Source of the DNA: Eubacteriales bacterium
GTDB taxonomy: Bacteria; Bacillota; Clostridia; Saccharofermentanales; UBA5734
NCBI GenBank assembly: GCA_028685755.1
Contig: JAQUDJ010000003.1
Span: 60,525 to 124,524 of the forward strand
Reading direction: 5' to 3'
Length of the DNA: 64,000 nucleotides
This document shows positions 1 through 9,553 of the stretch, in pieces (within the stretch, counting starts at the first letter, position 1; each line of letters starts with the position of its first letter). Under the pieces are notes generated by a model, which ran no database searches, was not told the origin of the DNA, and was given only the letters and a program-made list of their open reading frames with translations. A program made the position numbers and the translations under genes.

Positions 1-1
1 G

Positions 2-85
2 TATCAAGTCCAAGCCGTGCAGCCTGTGGATATGTTTCCTTGGACGGATTCTATAGAATGTGTTTGTTTATTAACTCATATGTGA
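2..85 (+). CDS. C-terminal fragment (27 aa) of a RumA/TrmA-family RNA (uracil-5)-methyltransferase; the 5' part lies upstream of the window
   Basis: Frame 2 reads YQVQAVQPVDMFPWTDSIECVCLLTHM, then TGA at 83-85. PVDMFP-x-T-x-x-x-E resembles the conserved C-terminus of this family. It is truncated, so it is absent from the ORF track. Confidence 0.5.
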   Translation, partial: YQVQAVQPVDMFPWTDSIECVCLLTHM

Positions 86-193
86 TCTAGTTACGGAAAT
101 CCCCCCTTCATTTTAGGTTAAATAGCCATGCACACGAAATTGAAGCATACAAGCAATTTAATTTAAACGCATAAATTGAAGGAGACCTATACA

Positions 194-508
194 ATGGGTA
201 AAGTCACACAGATCCGTCCAGCTACTTTTCTCGAATTACAAAAAACCACACCTGCTCTAATGCTGCTCGATGTCAGAAGCCCCGGTGAATTTATGAGTGG
301 ACACATCCGTGACGCCAAACTTTTGCCTGTCAATGAACTGCCACGCAAACCTGAAGCCCTGCCAGCTGACAAAGAACATCCGATTGTTGTTTATTGTGCT
401 AGTGGCGCACGCAGTGGCCAGGCCGCATTCTTCCTGTCTCGCATGGGTTACAACAATGTATACGATCTTGGCGGCCTCATGGGCTGGCCTTACGAAGTCG
501 TCCGCTAA
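194..508 (+). CDS. single-domain rhodanese-like sulfurtransferase
   Basis: ORF 176-508. AAGGAG at 179-184 favours ATG 194. Active-site loop CASGARSG. Confidence 0.85.
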   Translation: MGKVTQIRPATFLELQKTTPALMLLDVRSPGEFMSGHIRDAKLLPVNELPRKPEALPADKEHPIVVYCASGARSGQAAFFLSRMGYNNVYDLGGLMGWPYEVVR

Positions 509-561
509 GTCTTAACGAGAACAAAACCTTATCCTCTTAGATCAAGAAAGACAGTGTGAAC

Positions 562-597
562 AAGTCGGAGAAGCTAGCCTTTTCCGACTTTTTTTTG
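562..597 (+). terminator. rho-independent terminator after the rhodanese gene
   Basis: 8-bp stem AAGTCGGA/TCCGACTT followed by a T-run. Confidence 0.7.
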
Positions 598-704
598 TAT
601 ACTTAGAGCTAATTGATAAATTCGGGTATTCTGCTCGTCAAAATTAGTCGGATCAGACGCACACCATTGTTCTTCTTCAGATCCAGAAAGTGTGACCGAA
701 CGTC

Positions 705-1673
705 ATGAAAAAAAACCAACCAGATCAGACGCATGTACAATTCATGCCCGTCCGTCTGATTGACGTCGGCCCTGTCATCCAATTCCCCCCCAAAATCAAT
801 CACATTGATTGGAACCGCGTGCAACGCCAGTTGCCAACGGCAGGTATCTCGATCCTCACGTTTGTCCTTGTCGCACATTTAACCGTTGGTAGTGGTGCCG
901 CGATTGCCGTACAAGTTCCCAATGCTCGCATCAATGATACAAGCGCTACTTTGACATCGACCGACGTGGTGCTTTTTTCAGCCATTGAAAATGGCTTAAG
1001 TGCTGAACAATTAGGCGCTGAAAGTTTAATGCTAAACCGCAGCCGCACACTAGCAACTCTGCTTGATGAAACGATCCCGTCTGAATCCGCGGCCACAACC
1101 GAGTCAACTGCCGCAGAACCGATTGTCGCAGAACCGGATGTCACTGAGCCCAAGCAGACCGAGCCGATAAAGACTGAACCTGCCGTAACCGAACCGATAG
1201 TAGCAGCACCTGTGGCAACCGCAGCGCCTACTGAAACTATTGCAGCCCCGCAGACCGCTTCAGCACCAGTTGCTGTCGATGCCGACAGTGCGATGACTGC
1301 CAAGCAGCAACAAGATATCATTGAACTGAGCCGTTCCCTGCTGGGTGTGCCATATGTCTACGCGGGTACATCGGCAACGGGTTTAGATTGTTCAGGCTTT
1401 ACACTGTATGTTTATCGCGAACTCTTTGACATAACCTTGCCCCACAAATCAAGCGACCAAACGAAAGTCGGCACCGGCGTAGCTAAAGCTGATGCACGCG
1501 TTGGCGACATTTTATGCTTTGATTGGGACTATGACAGCACCTGCGATCATGTGGCGATTTATATCGGGAACGGGCATTACGTAAATGCATCTCGCTCACG
1601 AGGCCTCGTCGCCGAACAGATCGCCAATTTTGATAAAGACCCCATCATTGCCGTCCGTCGTCTAATCAACTAA
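705..1673 (+). CDS. membrane-anchored NlpC/P60 (C40) cell-wall peptidase with a Pro/Glu/Thr-rich linker
   Basis: C-terminal GLDCSGF ... CDHVAIYIGNGHYVNA Cys/His signature. N-terminal hydrophobic segment. The start has no clear SD and is not verified. Confidence 0.8.
   Translation: MKKNQPDQTHVQFMPVRLIDVGPVIQFPPKINHIDWNRVQRQLPTAGISILTFVLVAHLTVGSGAAIAVQVPNARINDTSATLTSTDVVLFSAIENGLSAEQLGAESLMLNRSRTLATLLDETIPSESAATTESTAAEPIVAEPDVTEPKQTEPIKTEPAVTEPIVAAPVATAAPTETIAAPQTASAPVAVDADSAMTAKQQQDIIELSRSLLGVPYVYAGTSATGLDCSGFTLYVYRELFDITLPHKSSDQTKVGTGVAKADARVGDILCFDWDYDSTCDHVAIYIGNGHYVNASRSRGLVAEQIANFDKDPIIAVRRLIN
1111..1210 (+). repeat. imperfect in-frame tandem repeats encoding a (x-x-T/A-E-P)n linker
   Basis: Translates to AEPIVAEPDVTEPKQTEPIKTEPAVTEPIVAAP. 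Confidence 0.5.
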
Positions 1674-1775
1674 GGCTCATACGAATGCTTAGCTAACTAC
1701 GCAAAAACCAAAGCACTCGGATGGTTTACCTCATGACAGCTTTGCCGGACAACTTGAAAGGAACCCCTACATCGG

Positions 1776-3332
1776 ATGACCTCCCCAAATCTCAAACATG
1801 AATATGTCAGCTCGAAATCAAGCGAGCGATCGTCCAAACGCTTTGGATTGACGCTCGTTTATTTACTAGTTGGTGTGATATTAATTGGCGGTTCAAGCAT
1901 ATCGTTTCTGACTTGGCAGTTAGGCGTTCGGCAAGCTCAGCAGATTGCTGAATCGATCGCCTATGACGAATTTTTAGCTCTCAAAAACCAAGTTGATATC
2001 GACACGTACTATCAAGGGCTTTCGATTGAAGGGATTCCCTTAGGGGGACTCACACGATCTCAAGCGGCAGACGCAGTTGCTATCAGATACACAGACTGGC
2101 AGACAGAAGTTGCGGTAGACCTGCAGATTGATGACCAAAAAAAGACACTTTCAGCTGCTGAGATCGGTTGGCAAGGCGATGTACAGGTGGCGCTTGAACG
2201 GGCCTGGGCATATGGTCGCACGAGCGAGCTAACGACTGAAGCCGAACAGGTCCGCGAACGCTATGAAACCATCCAAAAATTGCAGACGGAACCGGTCAAT
2301 TTCAAGGTTTCACAGACCTATGACAAAGCACTCACTGTGGCAGCAGTTCGGACGTTTGTTTCGTCCCAACAAACAGCGGCGAAACCAGCAACGGCTACGG
2401 GGTTTAATTTTGAGACCAACCAATTCATAGTCGAAGAACGTGTGATTGGCCGTCGCACCGATCCGCAGATTTTCCAGGAACTTGTTATAAGCGCACTCGA
2501 TCAAGGTCAGTTTCAAGCACAAATCGCAGTTGAATCGGATAAGACCGAATATGGCATGACGCGTGAAATGCTTTTGGATGGCATGACGCTCGTTGCCACG
2601 GCGAATACGTTTGCTTACAAAGTCGATCCAGAACGAGATAACAACTTGCTCAAAGCGAGTGATTATTTAAACGGCACGATCATCCAACCTGGCGCGACTT
2701 TTTCTTTTAATGAATCAGTCGGACAGCGCACAGCTGAACGTGGCTTCATGGAAGCAGGGGCGATTTCGGATGGCATCCTAAAAAAAGAACTGGGTGGCGG
2801 GGTTTGCCAAGTCAACACAACAGTGATGCAAGCCACGATGAAATCTGACTTTCAACTCAAAGAACGCTTTCCCCACTCTTGGCCGAGCAGCTATACCAAG
2901 ATCGGCCTCGATGCGACTGTCGATTGGGGTGGCGTCGATTTCAAGTTTACGAATGACAGTGACTATCCAGTCGCGATCGTCGCGAGTTATATCAAACCCA
3001 AACTATCAGTCAATGTGTACGGTCGGCGATTAGAAGAAGGGGTGACGATTACCCTGCGATCTGAAGAAACCGAAGTCATCCCAGCCGAACCCCCGATTTA
3101 TCGTAGCAACAATACTCTCAAACCCGGCGAAGTCGTCGAGGTCCGCGCACCGCATGATGGCAAGCGGGCGATCGCATACAAAGTCTACAAAAAAGGCACC
3201 GTCCTTTTACGTGAAGAGGTCCTTTTCAAAAGTTATTACCGCCCCATCCAGGGGTTATACGACGTTGGGCCGGCTGTTCCAAGCATTGCCCCAACAACCG
3301 TCATATCTGCGGCATCCGGGCTGAACGACTAG
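1776..3332 (+). CDS. VanW-family protein with N-terminal TM anchor and G5-like C-terminus
   Basis: The GGGVCQVNTTVMQA motif is typical of the VanW domain. TM segment LTLVYLLVGVILIGG. Confidence 0.8.
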   Translation: MTSPNLKHEYVSSKSSERSSKRFGLTLVYLLVGVILIGGSSISFLTWQLGVRQAQQIAESIAYDEFLALKNQVDIDTYYQGLSIEGIPLGGLTRSQAADAVAIRYTDWQTEVAVDLQIDDQKKTLSAAEIGWQGDVQVALERAWAYGRTSELTTEAEQVRERYETIQKLQTEPVNFKVSQTYDKALTVAAVRTFVSSQQTAAKPATATGFNFETNQFIVEERVIGRRTDPQIFQELVISALDQGQFQAQIAVESDKTEYGMTREMLLDGMTLVATANTFAYKVDPERDNNLLKASDYLNGTIIQPGATFSFNESVGQRTAERGFMEAGAISDGILKKELGGGVCQVNTTVMQATMKSDFQLKERFPHSWPSSYTKIGLDATVDWGGVDFKFTNDSDYPVAIVASYIKPKLSVNVYGRRLEEGVTITLRSEETEVIPAEPPIYRSNNTLKPGEVVEVRAPHDGKRAIAYKVYKKGTVLLREEVLFKSYYRPIQGLYDVGPAVPSIAPTTVISAASGLND

Positions 3333-4654
3333 CGATTCAATTGTGCAAAAAGGGCGATATCAGCAGCTAGGAGATCCATTTCAAGGGCCTCGCTGGCTGT
3401 TTTCCATGTAAGTTGGTCATGTGCTGTTAACCTGAAATCTTGACTCGATAGATGTGTTTCGAAAACCGCGAGAATGATGCGAACGTGATCATATGCGTGA
3501 GTCAACAAGCTGACTAGCGGACCGATTGTGGCATCAACACCAAGTTCTTCTTGGATTTCCCGCTTTAAGCACGATTCTGGAGCCTCGCCGGCTTCAACTT
3601 TTCCACCCGGCAACTCCCATTGACCACATCCGTGTCCTGGGGTTGAGCGGCGAGCTAGTAAATAAAGCCCTGCTTCGTCACGGATCAATGCACCGGTGAC
3701 AAGTGTTTCGCGTATTTGAAAGAAATGCGTCTCCCCAGAATAGAGGGTCAGAGCCTTTTTATTGGCACCATGATCATCACTGCCGCAGGTTCGTAAAAGG
3801 CCAAGAAAGCATGCTGCTGCAGAGACTTCGAGGTTCGCGATCAGACTCGTTTCACCGTGAAAGGCCTCAACGCCGAGTAAGCCCTTATCCCGGGCATCCC
3901 GTAAATGATTAATTAAACGGGGCGAAACAATGGCCGATTCATCGCACCATTTGTAAATCGCCGGATGAGCGAGCACTGGAACGCCGCCACAACGCCTAAT
4001 TTGTGTGATTGCTGCTTTGAGACTCGGTCGTGGCCGCTCAACGTAGCCGGGCTTGCCAAAACCGAGGACTCGCTCAAAGGCATCGTGAATCGAACGGGTG
4101 TAGCCCCTTTCGGTGAGCAAATGAGCCGCTTGCATTCGCCCAACGACGCCCTGGCCTTTGTCGATTAAGGCATCGAGTGTGATGGCATAGCCTAAGCTCT
4201 GAAGTTTTGTGACCATATCGATGTTGCGATGATGCCGAGCTTGCCGCTGCTCTTCTAAAAAGTGTTCGAGTAAAACGTCATCGCCGAGTGGGAAATAGGC
4301 TAAAAGATGAAGCTCGCGATCTTCTGAGACTGAAACTTCGACACCCGGCACGAAGATGGGGCACGTTAAACCGGCTTCGCACGCTTCAGCAACGAGCTTG
4401 GCGATCGGTTGCAAACTCTGCATGACATCGTGATCGGTAACTGCAAAGGACCGAAGTTTGTTTTGGCAAACGCGGTCGAAAAGCGATTCAGGGGAGTCAG
4501 AACCATCGGATGCCGTGGTGTGCATGTGCAGATCACACCCGCCGGCGCGAACTAGTGCATCTAGCTGCTGTGCCGCGAGTTGTGACCGATCTGCAGTAAA
4601 TGACGAGTGATCACTAGCGGCAGGCTCTGTTAGCGGGCTAGGTTTATTTTTCAT
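3329..4654 (-). CDS. PHP-domain phosphoesterase (TrpH/YciV-like) fused to a MutT-type Nudix hydrolase
   Basis: N-terminal DLHMHTTASDGS and later HP/DDHG metal-ligand motifs. C-terminal canonical Nudix box GGKVEAGEAPESCLKREIQEELGV. Overlaps the upstream GT2 gene by 11 nt. Confidence 0.8.
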   Translation of the reverse strand: MKNKPSPLTEPAASDHSSFTADRSQLAAQQLDALVRAGGCDLHMHTTASDGSDSPESLFDRVCQNKLRSFAVTDHDVMQSLQPIAKLVAEACEAGLTCPIFVPGVEVSVSEDRELHLLAYFPLGDDVLLEHFLEEQRQARHHRNIDMVTKLQSLGYAITLDALIDKGQGVVGRMQAAHLLTERGYTRSIHDAFERVLGFGKPGYVERPRPSLKAAITQIRRCGGVPVLAHPAIYKWCDESAIVSPRLINHLRDARDKGLLGVEAFHGETSLIANLEVSAAACFLGLLRTCGSDDHGANKKALTLYSGETHFFQIRETLVTGALIRDEAGLYLLARRSTPGHGCGQWELPGGKVEAGEAPESCLKREIQEELGVDATIGPLVSLLTHAYDHVRIILAVFETHLSSQDFRLTAHDQLTWKTASEALEMDLLAADIALFAQLNR

Positions 4655-5564
4655 CCGTTGTCGATCCGATTATGTAACGCGGTCGCCCTTTGACTTCTGT
4701 GAAAATCCGGGCGATGTAAATTCCAATCAATCCGAGGCTAAGCATGATGCTGCCACCAATCAGAAGTTGCAATAAGATGACAGTCGTAAAACCACCCGCG
4801 GCAGTGCCGGCAAACCAATTAAATAAGGTCTGAATTGCCAGTATCACAGACCCAATCAACATCAACGAACCAATAATTGAAATAAATTGCAACGGCATCA
4901 TCGAAAAACTAGTAATGGCATTGATGCTCAAGCCCGCGAGTTTGAAAATTGACCAACGACTGCCACCGGTCTGACGCGCCGCGACTTCAAAGGCAAAGGT
5001 TGTTCGTTTAAAGCCAAGCCAAGCCGATAATCCGCGAAAAAATGTATCGTGTTCGCGCAGGCGGCGCCATTTTGCGACAACGCGGCGATCAAGTAATTTA
5101 AAATCAGATGCATTGCGTAAATCGTAGCCGGAGAACCAGTGGAAAAGCCCGTAAAAAACGTGAGCGTTGAGGCGACTCATCAGGCTTTCTTTGCCACGAG
5201 TCATTTTGACCCCCTCAACAACTTCAAAGCCAGCTTCCCATAGTCGAATCATTTCGGGGATATGTTGCGGCGGATGCTGGAGATCTCCATCCATCAAAAT
5301 AACAGCGTCACCGACTGAGGCGTCAAGGGCGGCACAAATCGCTGATTCCTTACCAAAATTGCGTGAAAAGTGAATGCCATGGATCCGGTTATCCAGGCGA
5401 CTTGCCTCGCCAATCACCGACCAAGTCGCGTCGCGCGAACCATCGTCAACCAAAATCAGCTCGAAATCATAACCCGTTGATGCCAAAATCGGCACAACCG
5501 TATCGAGTGTAATCGGGATCTGCTTTTCCTCATTATAAAATGGAATCAGGAGCGAAATTTTCAC
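4644..5564 (-). CDS. family-2 glycosyltransferase, polyprenyl-phosphate sugar transferase type (GtrB/ArnC-like) with two C-terminal TM helices
   Basis: ISLLIPFYNEE ... ILVDDGSRD ... MDGDLQHPP motifs. GTG start. Confidence 0.85.
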   Translation of the reverse strand: MKISLLIPFYNEEKQIPITLDTVVPILASTGYDFELILVDDGSRDATWSVIGEASRLDNRIHGIHFSRNFGKESAICAALDASVGDAVILMDGDLQHPPQHIPEMIRLWEAGFEVVEGVKMTRGKESLMSRLNAHVFYGLFHWFSGYDLRNASDFKLLDRRVVAKWRRLREHDTFFRGLSAWLGFKRTTFAFEVAARQTGGSRWSIFKLAGLSINAITSFSMMPLQFISIIGSLMLIGSVILAIQTLFNWFAGTAAGGFTTVILLQLLIGGSIMLSLGLIGIYIARIFTEVKGRPRYIIGSTTDEK

Positions 5565-5782
5565 GGTTACTGTCCCCCTGTTATACGTCAGTATTTTGCC
5601 ACAGGCAAAGATACAGCGTCAAATTATCGGATCGCCAGTTTTATTGTTCAAAACGGCGAAAATGCGCTCAAAATGCCTTTTTCGGCGCATTTTTATTGAA
5701 AAAAACGGCTTGCCGGTTTATCATATAAAATGCTGTCCAAAATGATTACGAATTGTTGAATACATATAGGAGCGTGACTAAC

Positions 5783-7735
5783 ATGGCTATGGTAATGAAA
5801 AAATCGGTTGAGGATATTTCTGTTTCAGGCAAGCGCGTTATCGTGCGCGTCGACTTCAATGTCCCGCTAGACAAGAGCACCGGCGCGATTACAGACGACA
5901 AACGAATCCGTGCTGCACTCCCCACCATCAACTATCTCATCAAACAAGGTGCAAAAGTCATCCTTGTTTCTCACCTCGGCCGTCCGAAGAATGGACCCGA
6001 AGCCAAATTCTCAATGAAACCCGCTGTAGAACGCCTCGCTGAACTGCTCGGTCAACCCGTCGACCTCGCGAACGACGTAATCGGAGAAGATGCAAAGACC
6101 AAAGCAGCAGCCTTGAATAATGGCGACGTCATGATGCTTGAAAACGTTCGCTTCCACAAAGAGGAAACAAAAAACAAACCAGAATTCGCCCGTGAACTCG
6201 CTTCATTGGCCGACATCTTCGTCAACGATGCGTTTGGCACCGCTCACCGTGCCCATGCCTCGACCGCTGGTCTAGCAAATTACCTCCCAGCAGTCAGTGG
6301 CTACCTCATCCAAAAGGAACTTGACGTGATGGGCACTGCACTGACAACCCCGAAGCGTCCGTTTGTTGCCATTCTCGGTGGCGCCAAAGTCTCAGACAAA
6401 ATCGGTGTCATTGACAACCTCCTCGACAAAGTGGACACCTTGATCATCGGCGGTGGGATGGCCTATACATTCTTCGCGGCTCAGGGTTTTGGGATCGGCA
6501 ATTCCCTTTGCGAAACCGACAAAATTGACATGGCCAAAGCCCTGCTCGAAAAAGCATCAGCTAAAGGTGTCCAATTGCTCTTGCCACAAGACACCAACAT
6601 TGCCAATGCATTTGCTGCAGATGCAGATTCCAAAATCGTTGCCTCAAACGAAATTCCAGATGGCTGGATGGGCCTCGACATTGGTACCGAAACCGTCAAA
6701 ATTTTTGCTGATGTTGTCCGTGCTGCCGGCACGGTAGTCTGGAATGGCCCGATGGGCGTTTTCGAATTCGACAAATTCGCCGTTGGCACGCGTGAAGTAG
6801 CACGCGCAATTTCCGAATCCCAGTCGATCTCAATCATCGGCGGTGGCGATTCAGCTGCAGCTGTCGAAATCCTTGGCTTCGCCGACAAAGTCTCCCACAT
6901 CTCCACCGGTGGTGGTGCTTCCCTCGAATACCTCGAAGGCAAAGTACTCCCAGGCGTCGATTGCCTCATGGACAAGAACCCACGTCGCATCTTTGCTGCC
7001 GGCAACTGGAAAATGAATAAAGGGATACCAGCTGAAGCCACCAAACTCATCACCGAACTCAAGCCACTCGTCGCAAATGCTGGCGCTCAGATCGCACTCG
7101 GCGTTCCTTTCACCGCAATCGCCGCCGCACTCGAAGCCGCTGCCTACTCCAATATCGCAATCGCCGCTCAGAACTGCCACTTTGAAGATTCCGGAGCCTT
7201 CACCGGTGAAATCTCCGCCAAAATGCTTGCTGAAATGGGCGTGCCATACGTCATCATCGGACATTCCGAGCGTCGCGAATACTTCGCCGAAACCGACGAA
7301 ACCGTCAACAAAAAAGCGAAAGCTGCCCTCAATTGGGGTGTCCGCCCGATCATTTGCTGTGGCGAATCCCTGGCACAACGCGAAGCCGGCGAAACTTTCG
7401 ATTGGATCGCAGGCCAGATCAATGCGGCATTTGCTGGTATTCCGGCAACTAAAACTCACCTAATCACCATCGCTTATGAACCAATCTGGGCGATCGGTAC
7501 CGGTAAAGTCGCATCTGACGAACAAGCTCAGGAAGTTTGCGCCTTTATCCGCGGTCTCATGGCTAAGATCTACGACGACCAAATTGCCGCAACCATTCGC
7601 ATTCAATACGGCGGTTCTGTTGGCGCCAAAACTGCCGCGGGCCTTTTTGCTCAGGCTGACATCGACGGCGGACTTGTTGGTGGTGCATCGCTCAAAGCTG
7701 AAGACTTTAGCGTCATCTGCAACGCCGGAGCTTAA
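5783..7735 (+). CDS. pgk/tpiA: bifunctional phosphoglycerate kinase / triosephosphate isomerase (in-frame fusion)
   Basis: PGK motifs ([27 protein letters not shown]) continue without a stop into TIM motifs ([26 protein letters not shown]). AGGAG upstream favours ATG 5783 within ORF 5753-7735. Confidence 0.9.
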   Translation: MAMVMKKSVEDISVSGKRVIVRVDFNVPLDKSTGAITDDKRIRAALPTINYLIKQGAKVILVSHLGRPKNGPEAKFSMKPAVERLAELLGQPVDLANDVIGEDAKTKAAALNNGDVMMLENVRFHKEETKNKPEFARELASLADIFVNDAFGTAHRAHASTAGLANYLPAVSGYLIQKELDVMGTALTTPKRPFVAILGGAKVSDKIGVIDNLLDKVDTLIIGGGMAYTFFAAQGFGIGNSLCETDKIDMAKALLEKASAKGVQLLLPQDTNIANAFAADADSKIVASNEIPDGWMGLDIGTETVKIFADVVRAAGTVVWNGPMGVFEFDKFAVGTREVARAISESQSISIIGGGDSAAAVEILGFADKVSHISTGGGASLEYLEGKVLPGVDCLMDKNPRRIFAAGNWKMNKGIPAEATKLITELKPLVANAGAQIALGVPFTAIAAALEAAAYSNIAIAAQNCHFEDSGAFTGEISAKMLAEMGVPYVIIGHSERREYFAETDETVNKKAKAALNWGVRPIICCGESLAQREAGETFDWIAGQINAAFAGIPATKTHLITIAYEPIWAIGTGKVASDEQAQEVCAFIRGLMAKIYDDQIAATIRIQYGGSVGAKTAAGLFAQADIDGGLVGGASLKAEDFSVICNAGA

Positions 7736-7765
7736 TCGCTCGGCCACACCTAAAGCAAACCAGAG

Positions 7766-7799
7766 AAGACCGCGGATTTTAACAAATCCCGGTCTTTTC
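7766..7799 (+). terminator. hairpin plus short T-run between pgk/tpiA and gpmI (weak terminator or attenuator)
   Basis: AAGACCG(C)GGAT ... ATCCCGGTCTT stem with one bulge, then TTTT. Confidence 0.4.
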
Positions 7800-7818
7800 A
7801 TTCAAAAAGGAGAACCAT

Positions 7819-9369
7819 ATGACTACGCTATCAAAACGCCCCGTTGCGCTCCTCATTCTCGACGGGTTTGGGGTCAACAACGAAATCGTTGGCAATGCAA
7901 TCAAGGCTGCCAAAACACCAAATTTAGATCGCTACCTGGCCGAGTATCCGAACACGTTGGTTCGCACCAGTGGTATGGACGTTGGCCTGCCAGATGGCCA
8001 AATGGGAAATTCCGAGGTCGGTCACACCAATATTGGTGCAGGTCGAATCGTTTATCAGGAATTGACCCGCATCACTAAATCAATCCGTGATGGCGATTTC
8101 TTCGCGAATCCAGCCTTGTTGCAAGCGATGCAAAATGCCAAAACAAAGGGCACCGCCCTCCACCTGTTTGGCCTCGTGTCCGACGGTGGCGTCCATAGCC
8201 ACAACACACATCTGTATGCCCTCGTTGAATTAGCCAAAAAGAGCGGTCTATCCAACGTTTTCATTCACGCTTTCTTTGACGGCCGTGACGTACCCCCGGA
8301 TTCTGCCAAAGGGTATACAGAGCAGCTCGAAGCGGAACTTCAAAAAATCGGCGTCGGCCAGATCGCCTCGATCATGGGTCGCTACTATGCGATGGATCGC
8401 GACAATCGTTGGGATCGTGTCGAAAAAGCATACCGTGCGATGGTAATGGGCGAAGGGAACCAGGCAACTGATGCCGTTGCTGCTGTCGCTGCGTCATACG
8501 AAGCTGGTGTTCTTGACGAATTCGTGTTGCCAACGGTTATCACCAAACACGGTGAACCAATCGCCAAGATCAGCGATAACGATAGTGTTATTTTCTTCAA
8601 TTTCCGGCCTGACCGCGCCCGTGAAATTACGCGTTGCTTTATGCAGCCGGACTTTGACGGATTTGCCCTGCCACGTGGCTATTTCCCCTTGACCTTTGTG
8701 ACACTGACGCAATATGACAAGAATTTCAGCAAATTCCCGGGTGTTCTCGTCGCCTATTTGCCAGATGGTCTGACCAACACGTTTGGTGATTATATTTCCC
8801 AAAAGGGACTGACGCAGCTGCGCATCGCTGAAACTGAAAAATATGCGCATGTCACGTTCTTCTTCAACGGGGGTGTCGAAAAAGAATTTCCGGGCGAAGA
8901 CCGCAGTTTGATTCCGTCCCCGAAAGTCGCTACATATGACATGCAACCCGAAATGAGTGCTTTTATTGTTGCAGATGAAGCAGTTAAACGAGTCAACTCT
9001 GCCAAATATGACGTGATCATTCTCAATTTTGCAAATTGCGACATGGTTGGGCATACTGGCATATTCGCGGCGGCAGTTGCAGCTGTCGAAGCCGTCGATA
9101 CTTGTGTTGGAAAAGTTGTTGACGCGATCCTTGGCCAAGGTGGTATCGCACTGATTACCGCTGATCATGGTAATGCCGAACAAATGATCGATCCTGAAAC
9201 CGGAGGCGCTTTTACCGCACATACCACATTACCAGTCCGCCTCATCATGATCGGTGCCGGTGAAGTTTCGTTGCAAGAAGGCGTACTAGCTGATTTAGCT
9301 CCGACGATGCTTGACCTCATGGAATTACCTCAGCCGACCGAAATGTCCGGCCACAGCTTAATTATCTAA
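7819..9369 (+). CDS. gpmI: 2,3-bisphosphoglycerate-independent phosphoglycerate mutase
   Basis: [24 protein letters not shown] and ITADHGNAE motifs, with typical length. Confidence 0.95.
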   Translation: MTTLSKRPVALLILDGFGVNNEIVGNAIKAAKTPNLDRYLAEYPNTLVRTSGMDVGLPDGQMGNSEVGHTNIGAGRIVYQELTRITKSIRDGDFFANPALLQAMQNAKTKGTALHLFGLVSDGGVHSHNTHLYALVELAKKSGLSNVFIHAFFDGRDVPPDSAKGYTEQLEAELQKIGVGQIASIMGRYYAMDRDNRWDRVEKAYRAMVMGEGNQATDAVAAVAASYEAGVLDEFVLPTVITKHGEPIAKISDNDSVIFFNFRPDRAREITRCFMQPDFDGFALPRGYFPLTFVTLTQYDKNFSKFPGVLVAYLPDGLTNTFGDYISQKGLTQLRIAETEKYAHVTFFFNGGVEKEFPGEDRSLIPSPKVATYDMQPEMSAFIVADEAVKRVNSAKYDVIILNFANCDMVGHTGIFAAAVAAVEAVDTCVGKVVDAILGQGGIALITADHGNAEQMIDPETGGAFTAHTTLPVRLIMIGAGEVSLQEGVLADLAPTMLDLMELPQPTEMSGHSLII

Positions 9370-9553
9370 TACTTCATCTGAATCGTCCAAAATAACACCG
9401 TAAACGTTAACAAAAGCCTGATAATTGTGTTCAACGTTACAGAATTGTGCTAAAATGTCTTTGGCTCGACCCTGTCCGCACATTGGCTGCGCCTCGATTG
9501 TTGAGCAATTATCGTATTCAATGTATTTATAGACCCAATAAGGAGAGTGTCTC

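Noticed and set aside
6481-7459. Antisense ORFs of 193 aa and 202 aa, plus frame-shifted ORFs (7077-7463, 7476-8078), overlapping pgk/tpiA and gpmI.
   Set aside because: The plus-strand frame encodes unmistakable PGK, TIM and GpmI motifs. The overlapping ORFs are low-complexity Ser/Pro/Ala-rich translations without start signals.
8494-9222. 242-aa minus-strand ORF inside gpmI.
   Set aside because: It is a shadow ORF. gpmI motifs occupy the opposite strand along the full length.
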